In this document: piece by piece, positions 24,886-39,609 of the stretch
Layout: the number at the start of each line of letters is the position of its first letter
Position numbering within the stretch: position 1 is the first letter of the stretch
NCBI GenBank assembly: GCA_028534125.1
Contig: CM052821.1
Span: 53,010,001 to 53,074,000, forward strand
DNA length: 64,000 bases
From: Lama glama
Taxonomy: Eukaryota
Direction: 5' to 3'
Program-made: the position numbers and the translations under genes
The notes under the pieces: model-generated
Databases searched by the model: none
The model's input: the letters and a program-made list of their open reading frames with translations, nothing else
Told to the model about the DNA's origin: nothing

Positions 24886-27608
24886 AATGTGCAGATGGGG
24901 CTTGCCCCCTCAGGAGTGCCTCAGGCCTTCTGGAACCCCCTAATCCCATCCCCTTCCCCATCTGGGCAGCTCAGGGGCTGTCATAGCAACCAGACAGGCG
25001 GTGGGAGGCATGTTTGCTTGAGGACCAGGCTGATGTAGCCGGCTGCCTGGGGGTCAGAGTGGGGCAAGCACCCCCTCCCCAGCTCTAGTAAGAGTGTGAC
25101 GGGCTTGCACAGGGCCTCAGGTTTGTTGGGACCCCCAGTTGGCCTGCCCCCGCTGAGCCCCACACCTGCCCTGCACCTCTCCAGACAGGCCCCAGGGGAC
25201 CTGGGCTGTGAGCCCAAGGCTCTAAGACGCCAAACCCTGGGTCTGGAGGTCGTTTGGTTTCCAGGGTTCCCTGATTTGAAGATGTAAAGATGTTTGTATT
25301 ATGTAGTTCTAGACTAGTCCCACGATCCTTAAGTTCTAATGTCTGTGACAATATCCAGACTGCACTTCTCTGCCACTGCCGCCCTGTGGCCCCAGCCACT
25401 CTCGCCTCGAGCCGGACCCTGCGAGAAGCCCCCATCCAAACAGTGAGAGGGACTGACTCAAAATGAAAACCTGGCCTGTGCCGCCCCTGCCCAGTGGCGT
25501 CTGGGGCCTCACCGAGGCTTGTGGGATGAAGGGCCAACCCCTGCCCCGGCCCACCCTCCCCGAATTGCCCCCAGATCTAGGCACACTGGCTGCTTTGGGA
25601 CCTGAAACCCCAGGCCTCTGCACAGCCGTCGTGTGCTGCTGGAAATGCTGCCTGGATTGGAGCCTATTGCTCTGTCCTTCCAGACCTCCCCACCCCCGCC
25701 CAGGCCTGGCCTCGCTCTCCGGCACCAGCCAGCACCAAGTGCTCTGCTGTACACGCTTATCTTGGTGATTCTGAAAAATTAAAATGTGTCTTCTTTACTC
25801 AGTAGAAGATCCCCGGGGACAAGGAATTTCTGTTTCAGTCGTTTCTGTGCCCCTAGCACCTGTACATGGGAGAAGCCCAGAAAACCCATGTGGTACATGA
25901 GTGACCAAGAGGACTTCCTGACTCCAGGACAGTGGGAGTGAGGATGTTTGGCTAAAGGCAAAGGGGCAGCTCTGATTAAAGGGCCCAGTTGTTCCAAGAG
26001 GAGCCACATGGTGGAAAGATGGTGGGGGCTCAGACTGGTGGGCCTGGGCTGTGTGGACAGCTCCCTTCAACACCTCCCCCTACCCCAGACTCGCAGTGGG
26101 GTGAGGATGGAAGCCCCTCAGGCCACCAATGCATGGGCGGGGGGCAGTAGCCACAGCACCCTTAGGTGCTCCTCTTGGGCCATGTGATGGCCAAGGTCCC
26201 TTTCTGGTCCAGACAGGTTGGCTCCCAGTGCTGAGCTCCTGGTCTCACGTCAGAAATGAAGCCATGCCCTGCCCTCCTTGTCCTGGGTCAGCGCTGTGCC
26301 CTGGGCAGAGGGCAGACTGGCCCGATTCTACCCTCTTCTGTCCTGGTTGCAAGGGCAACTGGCTGGGTCTGCTGTGACATTGCTGGGCTGGGAGGACGGC
26401 TGGGTCTGCGGTGCACGCCTGGCCAGTCCTCCTGGCATGAAGCCCATGGGGCAAGGCCGCAGATAGCCCCTGCCCGCCCACTCACCCACCAGGAACACAT
26501 CTTGCTCTAAGTGGGCCAAGCCAGGGTTACAGAAGGGCTTTATTTTCAAATAAATAGGCAGAAAAGCTGTTATTTCTGTCAATAATCACTAGGTTCTTCC
26601 CAGCAAAGTGTCTGGGAAGGAGAAGTCACACGTTGTCTATTTTTGCAGGCTTAAAAAAGCCCATCTCAGACTATTTAAAATCTCTCTAAGCCTCCGCTGT
26701 CAATATTTTCACCCACTCGGCTCTGGGAGTTCAAGCACCCCTCCCCTTCCATGCTGGCCGCAAGCCCTGCCCACTTCCTGGCGGGATGGTAGGAAGAGGG
26801 CGGCCAGCCTTAGCAGGAATTCCTGGGCTGGCCTGGGGCCACAGGCAGTGGTGCGGAGGGGTGCACCTCACCCTTCTCAGGGGCTGAGTCCCTGCCCGAG
26901 GCCCGCAGCTCAAGGGGTCTGTAACACCCCAGGTCTTTGTCTGGGCTGGTCCCCCATGCTGCAGGGCTGGCCCCTTCAGTCCTAGGGCTCAGCCAACTCT
27001 GGCTTCCCAGCCCCCTTGCTTCCTGTTTCCTGAGGGATCCCCGACACTGCTGAGCACCCTGGAGGCCCTCAGGAAATGTGGGGTGAGGAGGGACAGCGGG
27101 CGGGCAGAGAAAGCTCGACCTTCTCTCACTTCCACGCCAGCCCATTCCTGACCCTCCCAACCCCTATCTTCTAATTGCAAACTGAGGTCCTTTTGCACCC
27201 TTAGTCCTTCAGTTGAGATCCCCCAACAACGTCCCTCCTCCAGGGACGAGCATACACAGTGTCCTCATTTTCCCAATGCTGACAAGAAGACAGTCCCGTC
27301 CTAGGTGGAGCCCTGTGCCATGCTGCCACCCAGCTGTGCCACACAGATTACAGCTAAGGTGAGCGCGGGGAAACAGCCCCGCCCCACCCCTGGGAGGCCA
27401 CGGCCGGCCCAGGAAGCCCAAAGTAGAGAAACACCTTGTTTGTTTAACCCGGGGTGCAGCCACATTCTTTGATATCAGAACCCCGCTTAAACCTACTGTT
27501 ATTCAGTGGAAGCAGGGTTCCCCTGAGCACTGTCGGGGAGCGCTGGTGCTGACTCTCCCTCTTCTCGGCTTCTCCAGCAGAAAAGCAGGTGACACCTGAC
27601 CATCCTCA

Positions 27609-28025
<417 letters not shown>

Positions 28026-31000
28026 GGGAAAACTGCAGACCGCAGGGCACTGGGCCTGTGCAGATTATCGCCAATAGGGGCAATGCTGCTACGGGGGCCA
28101 GTGCTGAGATCAGCCTGGCTGGTGTTTAACTGCTCAGGGACAGATTCTCAACTCTTGCCTTGCCTGACCTTAGACTTCAAACCCAGATGGGTGGTTACTG
28201 GGGCTCCCAAACTCATGTCAGCACGGAACGGCTTGTGGCCCTGGCCGTGAGGGGCAAGGAGAGGTCCCCAGAGCTCACACACCATCCATCACCTTGATGA
28301 GACTCTCAGCCCAACATCTGTTCTCACTGAACGATAAGCCAGAGGCGTCTGTTTTTTGTCCACTTGAAGCTAGTCTAGCGCTTTTTTTCTTTTGCAAATT
28401 CAAAGGGGCCGGAGAGGCTGGGGCATAGCTGAGGTCACTGAGCCCATCGCATGGTGAGAGTGATCGTCCCCAGGCCCACAGAAGGGGCTGGCACGGCCGG
28501 GTCACCCGGGCGCGTGGAGGAGCCTAGTTCCCGGGCCTCTGAGCCTTTCAACCCGAGTCTCTTCCTGAGCATCTGGAGCTTTGATCTTGTGGGAGCTGTG
28601 CTGAGTGAGCTTCCCTCTCCTCTCTGCTGTGGGAAGTGAAGAGCCAAGGGCCCCCATGTCTTATAATCTGAAACCCCCATCCTGCCTACCGTGGCTTCCG
28701 CTGGGAGCCTGGCCCAGTGGCCTTTCCCCTGAAGTCTCCCCAAACTTGTTTTTTCTGCCTGTCTGTCCTGTGGTGTCTGCATTCCTGTAAGCTGCCTTCG
28801 GTTCTCTTTGGGAGGAGACTGGGGAAGAACGCAGGAGTGATGACTAAATGAACACATATCCCTCGATGCCAGGAGTCCCTGCTGCTAACGCCTTTCCTTT
28901 GAACTGCAACTTGTGAGGGGCGGGCGGAGCTGGGAGAGGAGGAAGCCCGGCTTCCCCTCTGTGCGTGTGTGTGAGTGTGCACGTCTGTGACTCTGTGGGC
29001 GGCCACGGAGGGTGTTGTCCTGAGCGTCCTGAACACAGGTGCTGCCTGCTGCAGGGACCACTGGCCCTTCGTCTCAAGGCTGACATCTGCGCCACGCACG
29101 ATCTGACAAGCTGTCACTACTTCCCAAAGGCGCGTCTCCCTGCCTCTGCCTCTCCCCAGCATTTCGGGGTGTCTCCACACACGCTAGCCCTCCAGCAGGG
29201 TGGGGGCAGCTCTGCTTCCCTGCCTAGGAGTGTGCTGCCCAGTAGCTTGGAGGCCTCCTGCCTGCTCATGGTTCAAGGCCCAGCTCAAAGACCACCTCCA
29301 GGAGGAGCCGCCCAAGTCCCAGATGCAGAAAGAAGGCCATCGCCCTCCCAGTGCCCACGCAGGCTGGCCTCGATGTTAGCACAGGCCGAGCTCTGACCGC
29401 ACACACCCGCTCAGGTCCTCTCACCTCCCTACCCGACCGTCTACCGGGACAGTGGAGGTGGGGAGGCCAGGGTGTGACTCTGGGTCTGCCACTCACTGAG
29501 TGACATAGGTAGGCCATCCCTCAGGGCATGACCTCAGCACCCGCACCTGGCAGGTGAGGGCGGCAAGCCTTCCCTCCCAGGGCTGAGGTGGGGGGCCCAC
29601 GCCTAACGGCGCCTGGCCGGGGGCCCAGCCCGGAGAAGGCGCTCAACAAATCTGTGTTTCCTCTCCTGATGTTACACCCAGAGAGTGAAATCCCTGCCCT
29701 CAAGTCCGGAGCCAGGGTACCCCACGTGCCTGCTCAGCCTTCCCTGCAGGAGACCCCTCTCTGGAGAGGAGGGCAGAGAACCTGCCTGTTTTCCAGGTGC
29801 AGGTAATTAAGGCTCGGGGGACAGCGGCAGGTGCCGGGAGCCAGGCTGGGGCACAGCTGGGCGGCCTTACTTGGTGACGATGGGGTGACTGCTGGGCTGC
29901 TCCGTGGTGGTGGAGGTGGGATGTGGCACGGCCACTGGAGGCTGTGCCCCTGAGAAACAGTCCTGGCCAAGCAGGCTTCAAGGGTCTTGCGGGCTCTCCC
30001 CTTCCTGTCTCTGAGGCCCCAGCAGGACTCAGAACCTTGGGCCTCCAGAGCGGGGGGGTCTAGGAGACCTCCTGGCCCCACCTGCCCACTGGGCAGATGG
30101 AGGCCGAGAGAAGGGTAGAGTCAAGACTGGATGGTCACCCATTCTCTGTGCCCTCAGCGCAGGTCTCTCCCCTGTACTGTGCACACTTTCGGTCTCATGT
30201 GTTACCCCAGACAATGCTGGTATAAGGGGCCCTGGGTCCCCAGAAGGGCCCTTTAGGTTCTTCTTGGATGCTGATCACCCCATCCCACCAGCATCACCTG
30301 CCTAGGCCCAACCCAGCTTTCCAAGCCTCACGTTCCCCACCCCGACAGAGGCTCTGTGAGACGGCTCCTGCACCCTCCACCTCCCAGGCGCACAGCACTG
30401 GGAATCTGCCCAGAGCAGTGTGGCTGGAAGTGGCAGAAATGGTGGGACCTGCTGGGTCTAACTCCAACCCACCTGACAGCCTCCAATCTCCGTCTCTGGC
30501 CAGCCCCAGCCCTAGGCCCGTACAGCCAAGCACGCAATCGACTGTCCAGCTCCCTCCCACATGGCTCCTTTCCCAGTGCTCTCTGTCTCCACGAATGCTA
30601 CCTCTATCTGCCCCAAGGACGCACCCCAGGAGGCGCCCTCCCCCAACCTTGCCTGGGTCTCCGGGCCTGGTCTTGCTGATTCCTTAACATTGGATTCTGG
30701 CCTGGTTCTTACTGCTGCTGTTCTGGGCCAGGACACTAGCGTGCTGCGATGTGACCTGCAGACTCCGCAGCGGTCCTTCTCCTCCAAACCACAGCCTCAC
30801 TCTGGGTAGCCAGCACCTTCGGGCTCATGTAGTAATGCTGAGAGCGAACCCCGTGCCAGGTTCTATGCTGGGTGGTGAAGGGGCGAGCAGAACGAGCAAC
30901 CAGCATTACCTTGTCCTCAAAGCCGCCCTCGCGGGGGCCCTGGGCAGACACCTGCACCTGCCCCCAGCGCACCCTGCACGGCACAAGTGGGCTCTTCCTG

Positions 31001-32752
31001 CCGTGTCCGCCTGGCTGTGTTGTTTGGAGGTCAGCAGACGTACACTAACGCGTGACACATACAGGAAAGGGGACAGTGTAGCCAGTCCTTTGGGCTAATG
31101 TAGGGGTTGGAGACTGAAGTGTACAATACAGAGCAGGCTGAGAGCTTCGTCTCTGGGCATTTCCAAGCAGAAGCTACGGGGCGCTGCAGAAGGGGCTCCT
31201 TGCCTGGGATGGCGCTCAGCCTGGGCCACTCCCCCAGCCCTCTCTCTGAGTGCCTCAAAGAACAGCCTCGCCTCTCTGTTCCCCGAGACCGGAGGTCACC
31301 GGGGCCTGGTATTAGGGGATCCTCAGGGCGTCGGCAGTGGGGCAGCAGAGCTGGGGGCCTGAGGATGCAGATATGCGCCCACGGTACCTGGCCCCTCACC
31401 CGGCGAGTGGGGAGAACTCTTACCCCACAAGGCTGGACAGGCAACGGGGGAAGGCTGTGCACGGGGTGGGGGGCCTAAAGCGGGACAGGGCCTGGGAGCG
31501 AAGCCTTTCAGCAGGCGGGAGAAGCCCAGATGTGTTAAAAGGCCAGTCTTCAGTCTTTCCCCGGGGGAGCCTTGCTTTGCGTCGTGCCCTGTGAGAGGCC
31601 CCGGACACAGAGGTGAGACAGGTGCTGAACAGGGAAGGGCAGCCACTCAGCTGGGCTGGCGTGCCGCCTGGCCAGGGCTCGACAGAGGGACGGGCTTGGA
31701 CGGCAGGGCTCCCTTTAAGTTGGTGCTGCCTGCTTGCACCGCCCTAGATCTGGGGTGAGGTCAGGCCTGGAGGGACAGTGTCAGTCAGCGCAGTGGCTGA
31801 AACGTGAGCCACAGAGGCAGAAACAGCTCCGGACGCCGCCCCGCTAGCTCGGGCAAGCCCCTTCACCCGTCAGAGCCTGAGTGTCCGGATGTGCGACGGG
31901 GAGATGGTAACATTCACCCCCTAGTTCCTGCAAGGCCCATGCAAGATGCAGACGTGCCGGTGCCTCGCATACTGTCCTAGCTGTGACCACGTGCTCACCC
32001 TTAGTGTCATTCCTTAGAACCGCTGCATGGGGAACCTCAGTCCCCAAAGTCAGCTGCTGATTCACCTGACAGTTCTTTTCTGAACCCCTGCTCTGTGCTG
32101 CCTTAGACGCCATCCCTGGTCCTGTGAGGCCTCAGCCCAGCAGGACAGTGGGTGCATTCACTCCTCTGTCCACCCAGCAGTTTGGGAATGACTCCCTTGG
32201 TGCTGGCTGGCCTTGAGAGAGCAGCACTAGAGATGAACCTGACACTGACCCAGGCCTCAGGGGTGAGTGGTTTATCGGGGGAGACAGACAGAAGAGGGCC
32301 CTGACCTTGCCTTTCTCACGGAGCCTGGGCTCACCTGCCACCCCCAAGCCTGGGCTCCGTGGGACCTTCAGGGAGGCGCCCTTGGCCCAGCCTCCTGCCT
32401 TTTGCACGACTCAAGAGGCCCCTGCTGGCTCTGCCAGGGCCTGGGCTCCACCTGTGGGAGTCCCCTGGGACCACTCACTCTCCAGGCAGAGCTGCGTCAG
32501 GGTGACCTCAGTGCCTGGCGCCCTGTGCAGGACCAGCACAGTGAGGGGCTGGATTTCTGCTGAGTGAGAAGATGTGAGAACAGGACTCTGGAGGCCCGGG
32601 AAGAATGAGAGGAAGTGTGGTGACTGAGCCCCTGTCCCCTGGCTGGCCTGGTCGGGGACGGTGTCTGAGAAGAACCTGACGGTACAGGGGACCAGCAACA
32701 GCCTGAGACACGGGCACTGGGAGGCGCGGTGGAGGCAGAGGTGCGCTGCACC

Positions 32753-32769
32753 AGCCGCGAGGGGGCAGC
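32753..32769 (+). promoter_or_regulatory. Candidate CTCF site
   Basis: CCGCGAGGGGGCAG matches the CCGCGNGGNGGCAG consensus exactly; motif evidence only. Confidence 0.45.
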
Positions 32770-35700
32770 TGCTGGCTCTCCTGGCCCAGCCCAGACTCTC
32801 TGACTCCGACCCTCTTCCCTCAGTTGATTCCTGAGCCTTCCATGGCTCTCATCACTTTTGGATAAAAACCACGCTCCTTGGCAAGGTCCTTAACAGCGGC
32901 CCTGGTCTCCCTCGCTGCCCAGTCTCCACGTGCTCCCCTGACCTCCGGGACGCCCAGCGGCTGTCATAAGCATCGTCAGCAGGCTTGTGTCCCTCACCGT
33001 GCCCCACAGTGGGGCTGAGCTTCCTCTTGGAGGCCCTTTGGACAGTGAGAAGAGTCAGGCCGAGACAGGAGAAGTGGCTTCCCCAGCCACTCGGCAGGGA
33101 GTGGGGGCGGAACCCCATCCCTGTCTGCCAGAGCCCTGCTCCTACCCACACTGTCTCTGCGTCCCTGCCTCTCCACTTCTGCCCAGAACCCCCTGCTCTG
33201 CCTTGGCAGGGCAGGCGTCCACTCCTGAGAGCCACCTGCAAAGGGTGGCTCTTGCCCCCGTGTGGGGACACACCACCAGGCCAAGGTGCAGGATGAACCC
33301 AGCCGGTGCCACGGCCTCTAAGTGCAGCTGGGCCCCCGGACACATGCTGGTGGCTGATGTGAGGGTGACAGTGGGTGGGGGGGTTTGTGGGGGAAGGAGG
33401 TCAGGGCAGCTGGAGGCAGGGTGGTCGTGGAGGCCAGGACTGCAGCCTCGACAAAGGAGGGGGCTCCCAGCCTAAGTCTGAGGGCAAGTAGGAAAAGAGG
33501 CTTCAGAAGGCCCCGCTGGCCACCCCCACCCCCGGCTCTCTGTCACGTCTGAGGCCACCAGACCCCTTTGGCCCACAATCCCTGAGAGGCTGGCCTGGCC
33601 CTGAGGCGGCCTCAATGATCCTGGACTTGATCTTTCAGCACATGGCCGGGTGACTGTGAGGTTCCCTTGGGCCTTTTGCTGACCGCAGCCCAGCCACGCC
33701 GAAGTCACGGGCCAGGAGGCCCACACCACCCCTCAGACTCCATCTGCCTGGGAACTCGGCCCTGCAGTTTGCTGTGAGGTAGGTTTTTGTCAGAACTGTC
33801 TTCTGGAGGCACCAGATGGGCCTGAGATTTCAGGGGCTAAGCCTTCCCACAGGCCTGCCGGGTGGGGGTGTGGGGGTTTTCACCCCAGCACCCACAGGGC
33901 AGAGCCTCCTAGGCCTGAGGATGGTGCCCTGCAGTTTGCGGCAACAGGGGCGGGTGGCGGAGGGCAGGGGAGAGGCCGACCAGGAGCAAGACGGGCAGAT
34001 CCTGGGGAGGTTTCTTCGTATGGTTTGAGGGACCTCAAATGGCCCAGGAGGACACCGAGTGTTTTTATATCAAAGCAGGCAGCAGGAGCAGGGGCCCGGC
34101 AGCCAGCCTTCTCCCCGCGCCGGGCTCCTGCCTCTACTCTGGCCATCAAGTGGAGGGGCGCTGAGGGCAGACGAAGCGGGCTCGCGTGCAGCCTCTCGCT
34201 CGGGGCCACCCTCGGAGGGAGAGAGGCAGGATCGGACGCCTGTCCTACAGGAGGTTCAGGAGGCTCGGCGAGCAGAAGCAGCCTGAGAAAGGCTACCTGG
34301 CCGGTGACCCTTCCCTGGGGCTCTGCTGCCCTGCCAGCTGCGTATGACCAGGGAGGCTGGGGGTCAGGCCCTTCTCCCTGGGACACCCACCAACAGCAGC
34401 GACACTCCGAGTCCTTCCGTGCCAGGCCCCGTGCGGAGCGGGGTCGCAGGACCCTGGCCGGAGTGTGGTGCAGTGGGATGGGGTGAAGCTGGGCCAGCCC
34501 TCACCTCTCTGAGCCTCACCTGTAACTCTGAATGGCACCCTTGCAGGTTGCTGGGAATGGTACAGTCATCTAGGTACACAGAGACTCAGCCCCGAGGCTG
34601 CTCAGAGGGGAAGCCTTGCCCCAGATTCCTGATGGCTGTCCCAGGGGCGAGGGCTGCAGGAGGCCGGGCCAGCACCTGTGCACAAACCTCCCTGCTTCCA
34701 CGCCGGGCCTTCAGCACTGGCGCACCCCCATTGACCGCCCTACCCTGTGACTTTCCGGGGCCGGGCCCGGGGGCAGGGCAGAGTGACCTGGCACTCGGAG
34801 CCTGCGTCTGTCCCCTCTCTCCAGAGTGGGCTGGGCGGGCCTCCTGGAGGGGTCCAGAGTGTGGGCACCTGGCTGGCTTCTGAAAAAGGTTTGTTCACCC
34901 TGCTAGTCTCCCTTCTTACGGCCTCACCTACAACGTGACCAAGGTCAGGCAGGCCCCGGGCTTCCTGCCTTGCTGCGGGGGACTTGCCACTGAGGCTGAT
35001 TTCCTCACTGGCCCTCCGAGTGAGCTAGTAAAATGCTAAGGGCCAGAGAAGGAGAGCAGGGGACGAGAGAAACGTGATCGAGCACCCGGCAAGTGCCACC
35101 CACACTGCTGGGTGCTGCGCGCCCAGCGTCTAGCTCAGGCAGCTTCAAGGTAGAGACGACCACCCTTTTTTCACAAAAGAGAAAGCTGAGGCTCAGAGCC
35201 GTGTGGTGACTCTGGCGTGGTGACGTCGGCACGGAACCCAGGTCTGGCTCCCAAGCCTAGGCCAGGACAACAAACCAGAAAGAGTCATGGTTGGCAAAAC
35301 TACAGTGGGGTGTCCCTGCTCTGACAGCACACGCATAGTCCTTAAAACACAGACGCACCTGGCTGAGCAACCTGAAACTTCCAACTTTGAGAAGCAACCC
35401 CAACTTCCTTGGGACAGAATCTTGCCACAGGGAGCCCTGAGCTTTGGCTACTCGCTAGCCAACAGTCTGCGGCTGGCACCTGGTCTGCAGCCACCACCTG
35501 GCCTGGCCTCGGCTGGAGCCAGCTAGAGGGAAGCCCTGAAGGAGGCCAGGGTGGGCTGGAGGGGTCGGGCCTACCCAGGCGTGGGGCGGGAGGGAACCCG
35601 TGGGCAGGGACCGAGGCACTTGGTCATTTCATCTGTTTCTATAATCGGGGGCTCTTCTGAAGACAAAAAATGGTGCCTTGGGCTCTTTGGGGTTCCTCCC

Positions 35701-35900
35701 ACTTGCAGCTCCAGTGGACAATCAGTATTGGCACTCCTGGGCTCTCCTGAGTGCGGCAGGGCAGGGGGCCCACACGGACCAGCAAAACCATCAGGAAGTG
35801 GGTGTGCGGGAGGGGCGATTAGGCACCAAAGGACACTGAGGGCACATCACTGCAGGCTTTGGGACCCCCGGACCCAATCCAGAGGGAGAGTTAAGGCAGA

Positions 35901-36012
35901 ACAGGGAGGACGCCGGGGGACAGGGAGGACGCCGGGGGACAGGGAGGGGGCTAGGGGACAGGGAGGGGGCCGAGGGACAGGGAAGGGGCTGGGGGACAGG
36001 CAGGGGCCGGGA
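35901..36012 (+). repeat. G-rich 19-bp minisatellite, about 5.5 copies
   Basis: acagggaggacgccggggg x2 exact, then acagggagggggctagggg, acagggagggggccgaggg, acagggaaggggctggggg and a partial copy. Confidence 0.85.
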
Positions 36013-37463
36013 ACACTGTCTCTGAGACGAAGGTTCAGGCCCAGGAGTGGCACGTGGGGGTCAAGTGTGCCCAGCCCCCAGCGGGATGGGGCAAAGTGTG
36101 AGGAGCAGTAGGGGCAGGGCCGCCTTCTCTCTGCAGGGCGCACCTCCATTTTCAGCTACCCCGAGGGCCCCCTGTGGGTGGAAAGCTCTATGGCACAGGG
36201 GAACTTTCTGCATCTGTGTAGGGCAAGGGCTGGCTGTGTGCCCCTGGTGCAGGTGTGGGGACGTGAGTCGCAGGGATGCTGGGAGGGCACTGCCACAAAT
36301 CAGGTGGCATTTACACAAAGCCTCAGAGCTGGGCAGACCCCGTGAGAGTCACCCCAGGTGCGTCTACTGGCCACTCTGATTGATGAAGTTCTCGCCCAGG
36401 CATCCTGTCCTGGTGGGTCCCTGTCACAGCCCCTGAGGTTGGAGGACCAGGAATCGCCTTCCTACCTTACAGCACCAAGAGGAGAAGAGATTACCGAGGC
36501 CATCCAGGGGCAAAAAGCCAGGACCGCAGTGTCTACAGTCCCCAGGCCCAGCCCCAAGAAGAGCCGTGTCAACCCCTCACGTCCCTGGCCTGGGCCGCCT
36601 CTGCCAGGAGACAGATGGCAGCATCGCCCTCAAGGCCCCAGGGGTTGTTCCCACACGGCCGGCTGGCCGCGCTCTCTGTAACACCATTCCCTGAACCCTG
36701 CCGCGGACCCTGCCCTCTGGCCTCCAGCTGCATCCCGGCACCCTCCTGCCCGTGCCAGCCCATGAGCCAGCTCCCCCGCCTGGATTCTCTGCTGGATGCC
36801 GGGCCTCCTAGACCCCTGTCCGATCAAGTTCTCTACACCTGACAGCTGGGCTTCAGCCCGTGGCTCCTGGTAGGTGCTCCCTGACCCACCTGCCCTCACA
36901 GCAGCAGGGGAACCACCCCCATCAGTAGTCCTATCACCCAGAACCCGCCCTCAGAGTCGCGGGGAGGGCCTGTCCGCCCCCTCCTCACTCTCATTACTGG
37001 GGGCTGGGACAGTGGCACTCAGAAGTATGCGGTGCTAGCTGCCCGTGGAGGTGAAGTCTCCCATGGCTTTCATACCTCATGAGATGAGCTTACAGACCGG
37101 CTAGAATCAGATTCAAATTTCATCTGAGGCCCTGAGAGTGGGGAAAGCTATAAGGCCTCATGCTCCAATGGAAGTCAAGGGACTTCTGGGTAAGTGCTCT
37201 GGGCCTTCTCAGGACAGGGGCCGGGCTGTGCCCTCTAGCCAGACTTGGTCCCCCAAGGTGCCAGCGCCCGGGTGCCAAGAACCCTGGTTTTGCCAGGAGC
37301 TTCGGGTGGCTGTGGGTGAATCACATCCTCTCCAAGCCTCAGTCTCCCCATCTGGGGCCAGCCAATGCCCTGCCTTGGACCCTGCCTGGCACCCTGCCTC
37401 CTTCCTGAGTCCTATCCCTCGACGCAGCCAAGTCAGCAGCACCCACCTCCTTCTACACTCGTA

Positions 37464-37511
37464 GTGTGTGTGTGTGTGTGTGTGTGCGCGTGCGCGAGAG
37501 ACAGAGAGAGA
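37464..37511. repeat. Compound (TG)n(CG)n(AG)n microsatellite
   Basis: gtgtgtg...tgtgcgcgtgcgcgagagacagagagagag. Confidence 0.9.
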
Positions 37512-39609
37512 GAAGGACTGTGGATATGGGTATGAAAAACTGAGGCCAGGCACTCAGGGCCTCAACCAGGGACCCCAGCTGCCCAGAGGCCAGCCACACC
37601 TGGGACTAGTTCAGTGACGGGGTGAAGTCACCCCTAGTTCCTCCTGAACGTGAGGTCAGTCCCCGGAGCTCAGCGCTGTTGGTAGGGAGGCCGTGGCTGA
37701 AGGGGAGGGGACCTGCCTGGGCCCTGGGCCCACCCACCTTCTCCCTCCAGCTGGCGCCCCTGCTGACCTGGGAAACTGCCCTGTGTCATCGCCTCCCCTG
37801 TCTCAGATTCGCCTCAGTCCCTTCCCACAGCCAGGCTCATCCAGGCTCCGGGTCCCAGCCTTTCTCTCCTAGCCAGACACCTGCCTGGGTGAAGAGTGAG
37901 CAGTGAGGGCCTACCCATCCCTGGGCACTTCCTCCAGGTGGCCTTCATTCATACTCCAAGCCAACCGGCTTCCCCTGTGCTCCTGCTCTAGGCAAGGCCC
38001 TGCGCTGTGTCCTGAGGAGCCATGAGAACTGGCACACACTTGACCCCTGCCTCCAGTCAGGGGGGCCCTAGACTTGTGACAAAACAGGGTGCTGGTGGAA
38101 TAAAAGTGAGCAGTTTAGACGGGGGTGGCAGGGGAGGCCCAGTTAGGTCTGGACAAGCCTTTGCCGGGTAGAACTGTGCAAGATAGCACATGGGTATCGA
38201 GTGGCAGGTGACAAGACCCACTGATGCAAGAAGCCTGGGACAGTCTGCATGCACAGGGCCTGAGGGACAGGTGAAGGGTGGCTCCCAGGAGGTGACAATG
38301 TGTGGGTCTGGAATTAGGGGTGGGAGGAGGTGGCCTGGGACACGGGTTGGTGAAATTAGGAGAAACCCAGGGACCCTGGAGATGGTGGCTGCAGAAAAGA
38401 GGTGGCAGGTGGGTGGTCCCTTGGTGGACAGAGGAGCTGGGAGCTGGGGAGGAGAGTGGGTGTGTCAAGAGGTGACATCAGCTGGACCTTTCAGGGTGGC
38501 TGTGTGCTTATATGAGGCTGGGACAGTATGGGGCTCAGTCTGTGCCTCCAAATATCAGCCATTATTACCATAATCGCCCCACTCTGCCTGGTCTTCCCAG
38601 CCTCCCAGGTCTTCAGCCTGTCTGTTCCCTAGCCCAGAACCCTCTCAACAGCTCCCTGGCTGAGCGTTGTCCTGTGTGCCAGGCCCCAGGCACATAGGTC
38701 ATGGTCCGTCCCATCCTTTCTCTCACGGCCCTGTCCTCTGAGCCCAGCTGGGGAGTGTGTTACGGGGTCACCCCCATTCAGTGGAAGGGAAACTTGGGCG
38801 TCCTTCCAGAGGGGCAGGGAGATGGGCAGGTGTCAGCTGTGGGAGTGCAGGGACAGAGAGGAGTTCCCAGCCACCTTTCTGTGCCTCAGTTGCCTCACTG
38901 GGAGTCACTTTACTGCCAGCTCACAAGATGGCTGTGAGGTAAGTGAAGACAGGGCAGTGCGAGGCCCGAGGAAGCTGGGGCTAATGGTTAACTACTGCCG
39001 CGGCCCCTGGGCCTGGAGCAAGGCACCTCCGCTTTCCTGGGCTCAGGGGGACCCCTGAAATGGGCTGGCTGTGAATATGCCTTCAGGAGGGAAGGTCCCA
39101 CCTGGAAAGGCTGCTGAGCCCACAGATCTGAGCTGTGTCCCAAGCCTCAGGCTGCTCCGCCACCGGCGCGGGACTTTGGGTGTGGGAGCGAGTCCACAGG
39201 CCGCAAACCTGGGCCCAGATGACGGCTCACCGACCGCACGGACCGAGCTGTGTCTCTTCGCTTTTAGGGCCTCACTGCGTCATCTGTAAAGTGGGGACAG
39301 CTGCCTCTTAGGGCTGTGGGAAGACACATTGGAGGGGGCTGACTGGCAAGCACCTTGCAAACTGTAAAGTGAGGAGGAAGGCTCAGCTGGAGGGAGTGAG
39401 CTGAAGTGTGGATACCGAGCCCACTGCTGGAGGGGCTGCAGAGGCTCCCCGCACCCCCAACGCACCCACACTTCCAGCCCCTGTCCTGTGCTGGGAGCCT
39501 GTGGTCCTGGGGACAGGCCTGTGTAAGGGCAGGCGTGGGCTCTGCCTCAGCCGAGCTCACGGCAGCCAGGTGACCCGGAAGCGTCTCCCCAGACCAAGTT
39601 TGGACTCTC

